A stretch of DNA of 64,000 bases, taken from positions 40,266-104,265 of the IMG/VR virus record IMGVR_UViG_3300030329_005959; one strand, given 5' to 3'. Source of the DNA: a virus. Position 1 is the first letter of the stretch; each line of letters begins with the position of its first letter. The notes below the pieces were generated by a model. That model worked only from the letters and a program-made list of their open reading frames with translations. It made no database searches and was not told where the DNA came from. Shown here in pieces: positions 10,321 through 19,575 of the stretch. Made by a program: the position numbers and the translations under genes.

Positions 10321-11425
10321 AGAGATTCAACCACAAGAACTTCTTGGCAATTATTTGAAAGCGCACAAGGAAGATCACTATAATTTCGAAGATAGCATAG
10401 ATTATAAAATCTCCAGCGGCTCTCTTCAATTTGACATGCATCTGGAGGGTGGCTTTGGGCCTGGGTTGCATCGTTTCACAGGAGTCAACGAAGGCGGCAA
10501 AACTTCAGAGTCTTTACAGGTTATGAAAAACTTTCTTAAGGGACTCCCCAAATCACGGGGGCTATATGTAAAAGCGGAAGGACGATTAGGGCCAGAGGTT
10601 CAAAAGCGCTCTGGTGTTAAGTTTGTTTTTTCTCCTGAAGAGTGGGTAGACGGAACTTGTTTTGTTTTTGAAAGCAATATTTATGAAACAGTAATGGGAC
10701 TAATACGACAACTCATTACTAATAACGAGGACAAGGTTAAATATTGTTTTATTTTAGATTCTGTGGACGGTTTAATCCGCAAAGATGACCTAGACAAAAA
10801 CTTCGAAGAGAGCACTAAAGTCGCTGGGGGTGCGGTTGTTGCCTCTAATTTCTGCAAAAAAACGAGCACCGCTCTGGGCAAGCGAGGGCACATGGCTATC
10901 TTCATTAGTCAAGTCCGTGCGGACATTAAACTCGACCCTTATTCCAAGGCTCCTGTTCGCCAAACCACAGCTACAGGGGGGAACGCTCTCTTGCATTTTG
11001 CGAACAACATTTTAGAGTTCGAACCTCGCTTTAAAGGAGATTTAATTTTGAAAAACCCTTCCGTCAAAACAATGGATGCGAAGAAGAATCCAATTATTGG
11101 ACACCATGCCAAGGTTACTATTAAAAAATCCGCTCACGAAAACACCAACACAACCCTTTCTTATCCTATTCGTTATGGGCGCATAGACGGCAACTCAATA
11201 TGGGTGGAGAAGGAAATCGTAGATCTCCTCTATGCGTGGGAATTTGTGGAAAAGAAAGGCGCGTGGATTAAGCCTAGCGATGACTTTAAAGAGTTAGTTG
11301 ACTCCAAAGGATTTGGTTTTCCTGATAAAATTCAGGGCGATAACAATCTCTTTAAAACTATAGAAGATAACAAAGAATTGTCTGCATTTCTAATAGACTA
11401 TTTCAAGGAACAGATAAATGCATGA
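10313..11425 (+). CDS. recA: RecA/UvsX-like recombinase
   Basis: Walker A GVNEGGKT, Walker B FILDSV, FISQVR and TGGNALLHFA. Confidence 0.85.
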   Translation: MSKEIQPQELLGNYLKAHKEDHYNFEDSIDYKISSGSLQFDMHLEGGFGPGLHRFTGVNEGGKTSESLQVMKNFLKGLPKSRGLYVKAEGRLGPEVQKRSGVKFVFSPEEWVDGTCFVFESNIYETVMGLIRQLITNNEDKVKYCFILDSVDGLIRKDDLDKNFEESTKVAGGAVVASNFCKKTSTALGKRGHMAIFISQVRADIKLDPYSKAPVRQTTATGGNALLHFANNILEFEPRFKGDLILKNPSVKTMDAKKNPIIGHHAKVTIKKSAHENTNTTLSYPIRYGRIDGNSIWVEKEIVDLLYAWEFVEKKGAWIKPSDDFKELVDSKGFGFPDKIQGDNNLFKTIEDNKELSAFLIDYFKEQINA

Positions 11426-11829
11426 AGTTTATTGACTCATATGGCAAACAGAGAAATCTAAAGAACGCAAAGAAGTATTTAATAGATTGGGACAAGCCTA
11501 GCCGCAGCAAGTTCCAAACCCAAGTTAAAAGGTTTCTAAGAAGGTATTGGAAGAATGATATTGTGTTCGAAGAGTTTAGGGTCGTAGGCACTCGCCTTAC
11601 CTTAGACTTTTATAATGCCAATAAAAAGATAGCAGTTGAAGTTCAAGGGGCACAGCACACAAAATTTGTTAAGTTTTTCCATAAAAATCGTTTCAAGTAT
11701 AGAGAGCAACTCAAAAGGGATGAAAAAAAGCTCGACTTTTGTAAAGCTAATGATATAAAGTTGGCAGAAGTTTATCCACAGGACAAAATAGTAGCCTCAT
11801 TATTTAAAAAACAGGATATTTATTTATGA
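11422..11829 (+). CDS. DUF559/Vsr-like endonuclease
   Basis: LDFY...IAVEVQGAQH...RDEKK pattern. Confidence 0.7.
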   Translation: MKFIDSYGKQRNLKNAKKYLIDWDKPSRSKFQTQVKRFLRRYWKNDIVFEEFRVVGTRLTLDFYNANKKIAVEVQGAQHTKFVKFFHKNRFKYREQLKRDEKKLDFCKANDIKLAEVYPQDKIVASLFKKQDIYL

Positions 11830-12059
11830 ATTTAGAAGAAAATGACGAATTCTCTATCCCGTCTGAGATGGTAGAAAAAATTTACGAGCTGTCAGGGGGC
11901 GTGGATAAATATAAAGGTGTGATATTGGCGGTTTCTTCTGAAAATGGCAAACCTTTAATATATTGTAAATTTGATTGTGGGATGACTGAGTTTGCTTTGA
12001 CTAAAGCTCTTGAAAACCACTTTACATCCCCTCTTGAAAGAAGGGAAGAAGACCGATGA
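11826..12059 (+). CDS. Hypothetical protein
   Basis: 77-aa ORF coupled to both neighbours by ATGA overlaps. Confidence 0.65.
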   Translation: MNLEENDEFSIPSEMVEKIYELSGGVDKYKGVILAVSSENGKPLIYCKFDCGMTEFALTKALENHFTSPLERREEDR

Positions 12060-13573
12060 TTTATAACTTTGAACTAGAAAAGCAGCTATTGGCGGGTTTG
12101 ATTAAAGAGCCTGACACTTTAGCAGAAATATCCAATTTTATTGGCACTTCTGATTTTTACTCCAAGCAAAGCTCTTTGCACTCAGCCATTTTCAGGATTG
12201 TTAAACAAGCTATAGATGCAGGAGACGAGGTAGACGAAGTTATTATAGCTCAAAGGGTTAACGACGTAGGGTTGTCATTCGAAGATAATTTAAACCCCTC
12301 GGATTATATTAAATCCTTAGCTCTCAGAAAAGTCCCCAAAGGCAACACCCTCAAAACAGCTAAGGAATTAAAAAAATATTCAATTAGGCGTGAAATCTTG
12401 GATTCTTCTCAAGATATCGCCAAAAAGATGAAAAACATGGCTCCTGAGGCGTCCTATAGAGCCATTATAGAAGCCGCTGATTCCGCATACAATTCCCGCA
12501 TTAACCTCTACGAGATGGGCAATGACACGCCTGAAAATATTTATGAGGAAATGGAGGCTCTTATAGAAGAGCGCGGCAACAATCCCGTTACAGAGTTCGG
12601 GATGATGGGTCCGCACCCTAAAGTCAACGAAATTTACGGCTCATTGCTCCGCGCAGGAAATATTACCGTTATAGTAGCCAGATCGGGAGTTGGTAAAACA
12701 AATTTCTGCATGGATTACAGCACGAAGGTGAGTCTTAAGTATGATGTCCCAGTTTTGCATTTTGATAACGGCGAGATGAGCAAAGAAGAGCTTATTATGC
12801 GCCAGTGCGCTGCCCTTTCAGGGGTTTCCATGCATCTACTGGAGAGTGGTAAATGGAGGCAAGCTGGCGAGAAAGTGGTAGATAAAGTCCGCTCGGTTTG
12901 GCCAGTGGTTAAAAACTTAAAATTTTATTATTATAATGTGGGAGGAATGGACGTAGACTCTATGGTCAACACTCTTAAAAGATTTTATTATTCCAAGGTA
13001 GGTCGAGGCAAATCAATGGTATTTTCCTTTGATTACATTAAAACCACCTCAGAAAATATCGCCAACAAGTCAGAGTGGCAGGTAGTGGGGGAGATGGTGG
13101 ACAAGTTTAAGAAGTGTGTGCAGAAGGAAATTCTTCATGACGGTAATCCCGTTATTCCTATGATCACTTCTGTCCAGTCCAACAGATACGGCATCACCAA
13201 TAACAGAAACTCTCAAAACATTGTAGATGACGAGTCTATTGTTTCTCTTTCAGATCGCATTACCCAATTCTGTTCCCACATGTTTATTTTGCGGAACAAG
13301 ACCACTGATGAGATAGAGACTGAAGGGGGTAGATTTGGCACTCATAAGCTGATTAACGTCAAATCTCGACATTTAGGAAGTGATATTGCTGGTGCTATTG
13401 AACCAGTTAGGATTGGAGACGCGCTGCGTAAAAATTCTATAAACTTAGAATTTAATAACTTTAATATCGCGGAAAGGGGAGACTTGAGAGATATCGCTAG
13501 AATGCTAGATGGCGAAGAAGATTTAGATGGTGATGGAGTCCAACAAACAATCCCAGATTTCGATGAGTTCTGA
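12056..13573 (+). CDS. dnaB: Replicative DNA helicase, DnaB-like
   Basis: DnaB N-domain (EKQLLAGL), Walker A ARSGVGKT, EM motif, FDYI and SVQSNR. Confidence 0.9.
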   Translation: MIYNFELEKQLLAGLIKEPDTLAEISNFIGTSDFYSKQSSLHSAIFRIVKQAIDAGDEVDEVIIAQRVNDVGLSFEDNLNPSDYIKSLALRKVPKGNTLKTAKELKKYSIRREILDSSQDIAKKMKNMAPEASYRAIIEAADSAYNSRINLYEMGNDTPENIYEEMEALIEERGNNPVTEFGMMGPHPKVNEIYGSLLRAGNITVIVARSGVGKTNFCMDYSTKVSLKYDVPVLHFDNGEMSKEELIMRQCAALSGVSMHLLESGKWRQAGEKVVDKVRSVWPVVKNLKFYYYNVGGMDVDSMVNTLKRFYYSKVGRGKSMVFSFDYIKTTSENIANKSEWQVVGEMVDKFKKCVQKEILHDGNPVIPMITSVQSNRYGITNNRNSQNIVDDESIVSLSDRITQFCSHMFILRNKTTDEIETEGGRFGTHKLINVKSRHLGSDIAGAIEPVRIGDALRKNSINLEFNNFNIAERGDLRDIARMLDGEEDLDGDGVQQTIPDFDEF

Positions 13574-14597
13574 AGACTTCCAAGGTGTTTTGGAGTCGAT
13601 AGGATACAATCTAATTGACTGCGGGGACCATTGGAGAACACAAGCTCTATATCGAGATGGCGACAACAAAACTGCTGTAAAAATTTATAAGAATACAGGA
13701 GTATGGATGGACTTTGTAGAGAACAAAGGGTCGATGCCTTTTGAAGCATTGATCCGCTTAACAGTCAAAGACGACAAACAAGTAAAAGAGATCATTGGTG
13801 ACACCAAACTAGAAACCTCTACGCTTTACTCCCCTAAAGAAACAATAGAAATGGAAAAAATTTACCCCCCATCTTCCTTAGACCGACTTTTCCCAAATTA
13901 TCATTTTTATGAGAAAAGGGGTATTTCTAAGCAGACACAGCAAGCCTTCCAAGCTGGCTTGGCTGGGGTGGGTAAAATGTATAGAAGGATGGTTTTTCCT
14001 GTTTTCAACGAACACGATCAGATAATTGGCTTTTCTGGCAGGAAAGTGGACTCAAATAACGATTACCCCAAGTGGAAACACATCGGGAGGCGCAACAACT
14101 GGGTTTATCCCGCTTACAATAAAAAGACAGGTGTAGACGAAGAAATAACAGCCCAAGAGCAAGTGGTTCTAGTAGAAAGCATAGGAGATGCAATGGCATT
14201 ATATGAACAAGGTATTAAAAACGTTTTGGTTATTTTTGGTCTCTCTGTTAACAATAATATCGTTAACTATCTTAGTGGTAAGCCTATTAATCATATTTTT
14301 ATTTCGACTAACAATGACGCGGCTAGTCAAGAAAATAGGGGCTTTATTGCGGCCATCAAAAGCTTCATAAAGCTTTCTAAGTATTTCGACCTAGACAGGT
14401 TGACTGTAAAATTCCCCCCGAAACCCTATAATGATTTTGGTGACGCTCATTTGTCGGAATACGACCTTACTGCTTGGCTTGGCAAAGACATAGATAAAGC
14501 TGCACAACTAGATTACATCTTAGAGTTTGTTAGAAACAACCCATCTTGCTTCACTAAGAAAGAAATAAAAACATCCTTAATACTTAGTGATGCCTGA
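13563..14597 (+). CDS. dnaG: DNA primase (TOPRIM)
   Basis: RMVFPV...IIGFSGR, PKWK, VLVESIGDAM and NDFGD; follows helicase; start moved to ATG 13563. Confidence 0.85.
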   Translation: MSSEDFQGVLESIGYNLIDCGDHWRTQALYRDGDNKTAVKIYKNTGVWMDFVENKGSMPFEALIRLTVKDDKQVKEIIGDTKLETSTLYSPKETIEMEKIYPPSSLDRLFPNYHFYEKRGISKQTQQAFQAGLAGVGKMYRRMVFPVFNEHDQIIGFSGRKVDSNNDYPKWKHIGRRNNWVYPAYNKKTGVDEEITAQEQVVLVESIGDAMALYEQGIKNVLVIFGLSVNNNIVNYLSGKPINHIFISTNNDAASQENRGFIAAIKSFIKLSKYFDLDRLTVKFPPKPYNDFGDAHLSEYDLTAWLGKDIDKAAQLDYILEFVRNNPSCFTKKEIKTSLILSDA

Positions 14598-15615
14598 ACT
14601 CCAAACGCCGTTATCTGCTAGTAGAATAAAAACGGCGCAGTCGTGTTCGTGGCTCTATTGGTGCAAGTATAAGTTAAAGCTGCCCGATAAAAGCAATGAT
14701 GGAGCCCGAAGAGGCTCCATTTGCCATTTAGTTTTTGAAGTGCTTGGGGCAAAGGGAAGGAAGAAATATTATAATAAAATAATAAAAAGTCAAGATGTTT
14801 TTGCTGTCCCTTCGATAGAGCGATTAATTCTTAAACATGCTACTAGAGAGGGTATAGATGACCCTGAGAATGTAGAGCTAATGAAAGACATGATCTTCAA
14901 TGGTCTTTCGTATGATTTTTTTGGCTGTGATCTAGGAAAGCCCACAGAGGAATACTCAGAGAAGGATTTTGATATCATAAAAAATGATGGCAATATAAAA
15001 TACAAAATAAGAGGCTTTATAGATAAGTTATTTTTGTATAAAAAAAAGAAATTTGCTATCATACGAGACTTCAAGACGAGCAAAGAAGTTTTTAAAGGTA
15101 AAGACCAAACCGACAACCTGCAAGACCTTATGTATAGCCTTGCGGTTAAAAACCTGTTCCCCGAGTATTCTGAGAGAGTTAGCGAATTTCTCTTCCTTAA
15201 GTTCGACCTAGACCCCGATGCAGCAAAATCAGGTGTTGTCCGCATGAAGGCCCTTGACGAGAACGAGCTAGAGGGTTTTGAAATGCAGTTATCTGAAATA
15301 CAAAAATATTTAGACAACTTTTCTGAAAAAGATGCCAAGAAAAACTATGCCGCTCATCAAGGTTTTCCCAAAGACAACTCCTTTAGCGGAAAACTTCTAT
15401 GTGGATTTGCGACAAAGAAAGGAGAACTAAAGTTGGATGGCAGTCCCAAATGGCATTGCCCCATGAAGTTTGATTTCTTTTATTATCAAGTCACAAATTC
15501 AGAAGGAAAATTTGTGGCCTCATATTTTGAAGATGAGTTTTCCGAGGACTTGGTGCCTGAGGATTGCAGCTACGAAATGATGTATTATCAGGGTTGTCCC
15601 GCACATTCTTCTTGA
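14590..15615 (+). CDS. PD-(D/E)XK RecB/Cas4-like exonuclease
   Basis: LSASRIK, GSICH, RGFIDK, IIRDFKTSK and Q..MY motifs. Confidence 0.8.
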   Translation: MPELQTPLSASRIKTAQSCSWLYWCKYKLKLPDKSNDGARRGSICHLVFEVLGAKGRKKYYNKIIKSQDVFAVPSIERLILKHATREGIDDPENVELMKDMIFNGLSYDFFGCDLGKPTEEYSEKDFDIIKNDGNIKYKIRGFIDKLFLYKKKKFAIIRDFKTSKEVFKGKDQTDNLQDLMYSLAVKNLFPEYSERVSEFLFLKFDLDPDAAKSGVVRMKALDENELEGFEMQLSEIQKYLDNFSEKDAKKNYAAHQGFPKDNSFSGKLLCGFATKKGELKLDGSPKWHCPMKFDFFYYQVTNSEGKFVASYFEDEFSEDLVPEDCSYEMMYYQGCPAHSS

Positions 15616-15646
15616 CCTTTCAAGGAAAAGGTCCAATATACAGGAG

Positions 15647-16384
15647 ATGACTCCAGTATTCAAGTCAACCTACTCTATAGGGAAGAGCATTCTAACTCTC
15701 GATAAGGAAGAGACAGAGGGCGGTCCAGATAGTATAATTGAAATATGCAAAGAAAACTCCATCAAGTCTCTTGTTCTTGTGGAAGATTCAATGACAGGAT
15801 TTGTTACTGCCCACAATCGCTGCAAAGAGGCTGGTATTGATCTAGTCTTCGGCTTGAGAATTACCTGCTGCAATGATACTTATGAAGACGATGATTCTGA
15901 TCACAAGATTATAATTTTTGCTAAGAACGATGAGGGTTGCCGTTTACTCTACCGAATTTATTCATACGCTTACACAGGACAAAACGGTAAAGTAGATTTT
16001 GGGTTTCTGTTCGGTATTTGGGACGACAATATTGAATTAGTTATTCCTTTTTATGATTCTTTTATATATAATAATAACTTTCACTTTAAAAAGTGTGTCC
16101 CCGATTTTTCCACAATACTCCCGACTTTTTGGCTGGAAGCGAACGACTTACCCTTCGATGGCTTGTTAGCTGAGAAGGTATTAAAGTTTGCCCAAGGAAT
16201 GATGAGGCCAGTTAAGCGGGTAAAAACTATTCTATATAAAAACAGAGACGATGCTGAAGCTCTTCAAACTTACAAGATTCTCTGTAACCGAAATTTTGGC
16301 CGAGCCGCCTCTTTAAGTAGTCCTAACCTTAATCACTTCGGCAGTAAGGAGTTCTGCCTTGAATCTTATTTGCAATATGAATGA
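15647..16384 (+). CDS. Stand-alone PHP domain of DNA polymerase III alpha
   Basis: STYSIGKSIL, 'EDSMTGFV', 'VFGL' and 'IFAKNDEG...L' match the DnaE N-terminus. Confidence 0.8.
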   Translation: MTPVFKSTYSIGKSILTLDKEETEGGPDSIIEICKENSIKSLVLVEDSMTGFVTAHNRCKEAGIDLVFGLRITCCNDTYEDDDSDHKIIIFAKNDEGCRLLYRIYSYAYTGQNGKVDFGFLFGIWDDNIELVIPFYDSFIYNNNFHFKKCVPDFSTILPTFWLEANDLPFDGLLAEKVLKFAQGMMRPVKRVKTILYKNRDDAEALQTYKILCNRNFGRAASLSSPNLNHFGSKEFCLESYLQYE

Positions 16385-17009
16385 GTCATTACTTAGATTT
16401 AACAAAAAGCAAAGATATCTTGTTTTTGACACTGAGACGGAGGGGCTGAATTTAGTTACCTCTAGGCCGTGGCAAATCGCTTGGTTGGTAGTGGAGGGAG
16501 ATACAATTCTTTCCCGTCATGACAAGTTTATAGATTGGCCTGACTTAAACGTTTCTGAAGGTGCAGCCAAAGTCACAGGCTTTTCTCGCAAAGAGTATGA
16601 AAAGAAAGCTGAAGCTCCCGACCAAGTGTGGTGCCAATTTTCTGCCCAACTTTATAATGAAGACAACTTAGTTATCGGGCAAAACCTTTTAGGTTTTGAT
16701 GTTTACATAATTAATGTGTGGCGCAAATTGATGGGTATGCAAAGTGATTACTCTTTTGTAAACCGAATCATAGATACTAAATCCTTGGCGACAGCTATTG
16801 CTAAACAAATCCCCGTAGAGAAGCAGAACTTTCTACCTTGGCAGTATAGGTTGCTGAACTACAGAGAAAGAGGCTTAAAAACCTCTCAAGCCACCCTTCT
16901 AAAAAAATACAGCATCCCCCACGATCCGAAGAGGCTCCACGATGCCCTTTATGATATTGAAATGAATTTTAAAGTTTTTCGTAAGCAACTTTTTGAGCTG
17001 GAGATATGA
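16377..17009 (+). CDS. DEDDh 3'-5' exonuclease (DnaQ-like proofreader)
   Basis: VFDTETEGL, GQNLLGFD and HDALYD. Confidence 0.85.
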   Translation: MNESLLRFNKKQRYLVFDTETEGLNLVTSRPWQIAWLVVEGDTILSRHDKFIDWPDLNVSEGAAKVTGFSRKEYEKKAEAPDQVWCQFSAQLYNEDNLVIGQNLLGFDVYIINVWRKLMGMQSDYSFVNRIIDTKSLATAIAKQIPVEKQNFLPWQYRLLNYRERGLKTSQATLLKKYSIPHDPKRLHDALYDIEMNFKVFRKQLFELEI

Positions 17010-19561
17010 ATTCCACTAAATATACAGGCTATAAAACCCCCTTTCCTGTAGGGGTTAAGCTGCCAAAAATCAAAATCGAAAAAAAATATTACGAAGAAGT
17101 CTCTTGCGTAGACCTGGAAGATAACTTCCAATTCCTTAGAAAGCTGTGTTTTAAAAAGGTCAAAGAAAAAGGTATAGACCAACAGGACAATGCTCAAATC
17201 TATTATGACCGTATTAAAGAAGAGTTGGCGATCTTCCAAGACTTAGGGTTTGTTGATTATATTCTTCTGAACTGGGACATCCTTAACTATTGCAAGGAAA
17301 ACGATATCCCCACGGGTGCGGGTCGCGGCAGTGCGGCGGGGTCTCTAGTTTTGTATGTTATAGGAGTCACTAACATTGACCCTATCGAGCATGATTTATT
17401 TTTTGAGCGCTTTGTGTCTAAGAGCAGAGCCAAAAAGATAGAACATGAAGGTGAAACTTATTTAGACGGCAGCTTGCTCGCTGATGTAGATAATGACATC
17501 TCTTATGATCGACGCGCCGAGGTCATTAAATATATTGAGAAAAAATTCGAAGGGCGAACTTCCAAGATTCTCACTTTAAACACTTTAAGCAGTAAGCTCT
17601 GCATGAAAGAGTGTGGTAAAATAGTTGAAGAATTAAGCGAGGGAGAGGTGAACCAAATCAGTGATACAATTCCCAAACACTTTGGGATAGTCGCCAAGCT
17701 AGACACAGCCTATGAGGAAAGTGAGACTTTTAAGGCTTATGCTGATAAATACCCCAAAGTCTTTAGGATAGCGCAGAAGCTCCAAGGACTAAACAAAAAT
17801 ACAGGGGTTCACCCTTCAGGTATTTGCATTTCTTATTATGATTTAGATGATATCATGCCGTTACAAACCACTAATGACGGGGCGTTGGTTTCTGGTTATG
17901 ACATGAATGATGTGGCTAGCCTAAGCGTTAAGTTTGATATCCTTGGTTTAAGGACTTTATCTGTAGTTCATGATGTCTGTAAGCAAATAGGGATAGATGC
18001 CTCTGAGATCGACCCCCATCACCATTCCATCTATGCAGCCTTGTCTTGTCTGCGGTCTCCGCAAGGGCTTTTTCAGATCGAAGCAGACACTAACTTCAAG
18101 GTATGCCAACAAATAGCTCCACGCGATCTTGAGCAACTTTCTGCGGTGGTCGCTATTGCTAGACCTGGGGCACTAGACTTTAAGGATAGATATGCAGAAT
18201 ATGCGCGAACAGGTGAATCTCAGTCGGTTCATGAATTTTTTGATGACATTCTTAGTTATACGGGTGGCATCCCCTTGTATCAGGAGCAGTTAATGAAAAT
18301 GGCTGTTAAAGTAGGATTCAGTCTGGATGAATCCGAGCAGCTTCGACGCATCGTGGGCAAGAAAAAGGTGGATCAAATGCCAGCGTGGAAAGCGAAGATC
18401 GAAGAGAAGATAGAAAAGAATAATCTCGATCCAGCCATCGGAGACGTTTTATGGAGCGTGGCAGAAGACTCTGCTAATTACTCTTTTAACAAATCTCACT
18501 CTATTAGTTACGCTTATCTTGCAGCTTGCACGGTGTATCTTAAATTTAACTACCCCAAGGAGTTCTTTTTAAGTCTTTTAAAATACACTAAATATGAGCC
18601 TAATTCTCATGAAGAGATAGCTAAAATTACCCAAGAATTAGGTAATTTTGGCATAAAGCTTTTACCTCCCGATCTTAATAAGTCTGATATTGATTTTAAG
18701 ATTGAAGAAGACAACATAAGATATGGCCTTAATTCTATCAAAGGCGTTTCCACCAAGGTTTTGGAGTCTTTATTAGAATTTAGAGAGGACTCGTTTGCTA
18801 ACAAGTATGAAGTATTTTTATCCGCGAAGCAAGCTGGGTTAAACATAGGGACTCTCTCTGCCTTAATACAAGCAGGACTTCTTGATTCATTTGTTTCTAG
18901 CAATCGGTGTCGATTAGTTTTAGAGGCTCAAACTTTTAACATTCTTACTGACCGAGAGAAGAGAAACCTGATTGCGTTAGGCCCTAAATACGACTACGAC
19001 ATTATCACAGCCATTCATGAGGCTAGGAAAGAGGAGATGGTGGGCGATGACAACCGCCAAATGTTTACAGAGAAGCGTTTCGGGACATTCCGCAAAAAAT
19101 TTAATCCATATAAAGAAATATATGAGATGAATTCAAAACACATCAAATATGCTAATTGGTATTTTGAAGAGAAACTTCTGGGCTATAGCTACTCTCACAA
19201 CATAAGGCAGGTTTTTAGTTACGAAGATGATTTTCACTCATCTGCGGTCGTGAGAGATTTACCTGATAGAGCAAACGTTAAGTTTGTGGGTATTCTGACT
19301 GACATTATCCGCAGGACTAGTAGAAATGGCAACAAATATGCCCGTCTGGACTTGCAAGACGAAGCGGGAAAAGTAGATGGTTTATTTCTTGACAGTCAAC
19401 GCGCACCGCGCCTCACTAATTATCTAGATTCTGGTAAGAAATTACCCAAAAAAGGGGAAATTATGATAATTTATGGCTCAAAGGGTGATGATGTTGTTTT
19501 TGTTGACAAACTCTTTCCATTAAAGGATAAAATCTACATGAAGTTATCTGAACTTAAATAG
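17006..19561 (+). CDS. dnaE: DNA polymerase III alpha catalytic core, lacking the PHP domain
   Basis: GRGSAAGSLV, FERF, DVDND, HPSG, KFDILGL, YQEQ, FNKSH and C-terminal OB fold. Confidence 0.95.
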   Translation: MNSTKYTGYKTPFPVGVKLPKIKIEKKYYEEVSCVDLEDNFQFLRKLCFKKVKEKGIDQQDNAQIYYDRIKEELAIFQDLGFVDYILLNWDILNYCKENDIPTGAGRGSAAGSLVLYVIGVTNIDPIEHDLFFERFVSKSRAKKIEHEGETYLDGSLLADVDNDISYDRRAEVIKYIEKKFEGRTSKILTLNTLSSKLCMKECGKIVEELSEGEVNQISDTIPKHFGIVAKLDTAYEESETFKAYADKYPKVFRIAQKLQGLNKNTGVHPSGICISYYDLDDIMPLQTTNDGALVSGYDMNDVASLSVKFDILGLRTLSVVHDVCKQIGIDASEIDPHHHSIYAALSCLRSPQGLFQIEADTNFKVCQQIAPRDLEQLSAVVAIARPGALDFKDRYAEYARTGESQSVHEFFDDILSYTGGIPLYQEQLMKMAVKVGFSLDESEQLRRIVGKKKVDQMPAWKAKIEEKIEKNNLDPAIGDVLWSVAEDSANYSFNKSHSISYAYLAACTVYLKFNYPKEFFLSLLKYTKYEPNSHEEIAKITQELGNFGIKLLPPDLNKSDIDFKIEEDNIRYGLNSIKGVSTKVLESLLEFREDSFANKYEVFLSAKQAGLNIGTLSALIQAGLLDSFVSSNRCRLVLEAQTFNILTDREKRNLIALGPKYDYDIITAIHEARKEEMVGDDNRQMFTEKRFGTFRKKFNPYKEIYEMNSKHIKYANWYFEEKLLGYSYSHNIRQVFSYEDDFHSSAVVRDLPDRANVKFVGILTDIIRRTSRNGNKYARLDLQDEAGKVDGLFLDSQRAPRLTNYLDSGKKLPKKGEIMIIYGSKGDDVVFVDKLFPLKDKIYMKLSELK

Positions 19562-19575
19562 TGTAATTAATTATG

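Noticed and set aside
14590-15615. Cas4 as part of a CRISPR system
   Set aside because: Sits inside the replication operon between primase and polymerase; typical stand-alone phage PD-(D/E)XK exonuclease.
15647-19561. Split intein or intron in dnaE
   Set aside because: No intein N- or C-terminal motifs; the intervening ORF is a DEDDh exonuclease, not a homing endonuclease.
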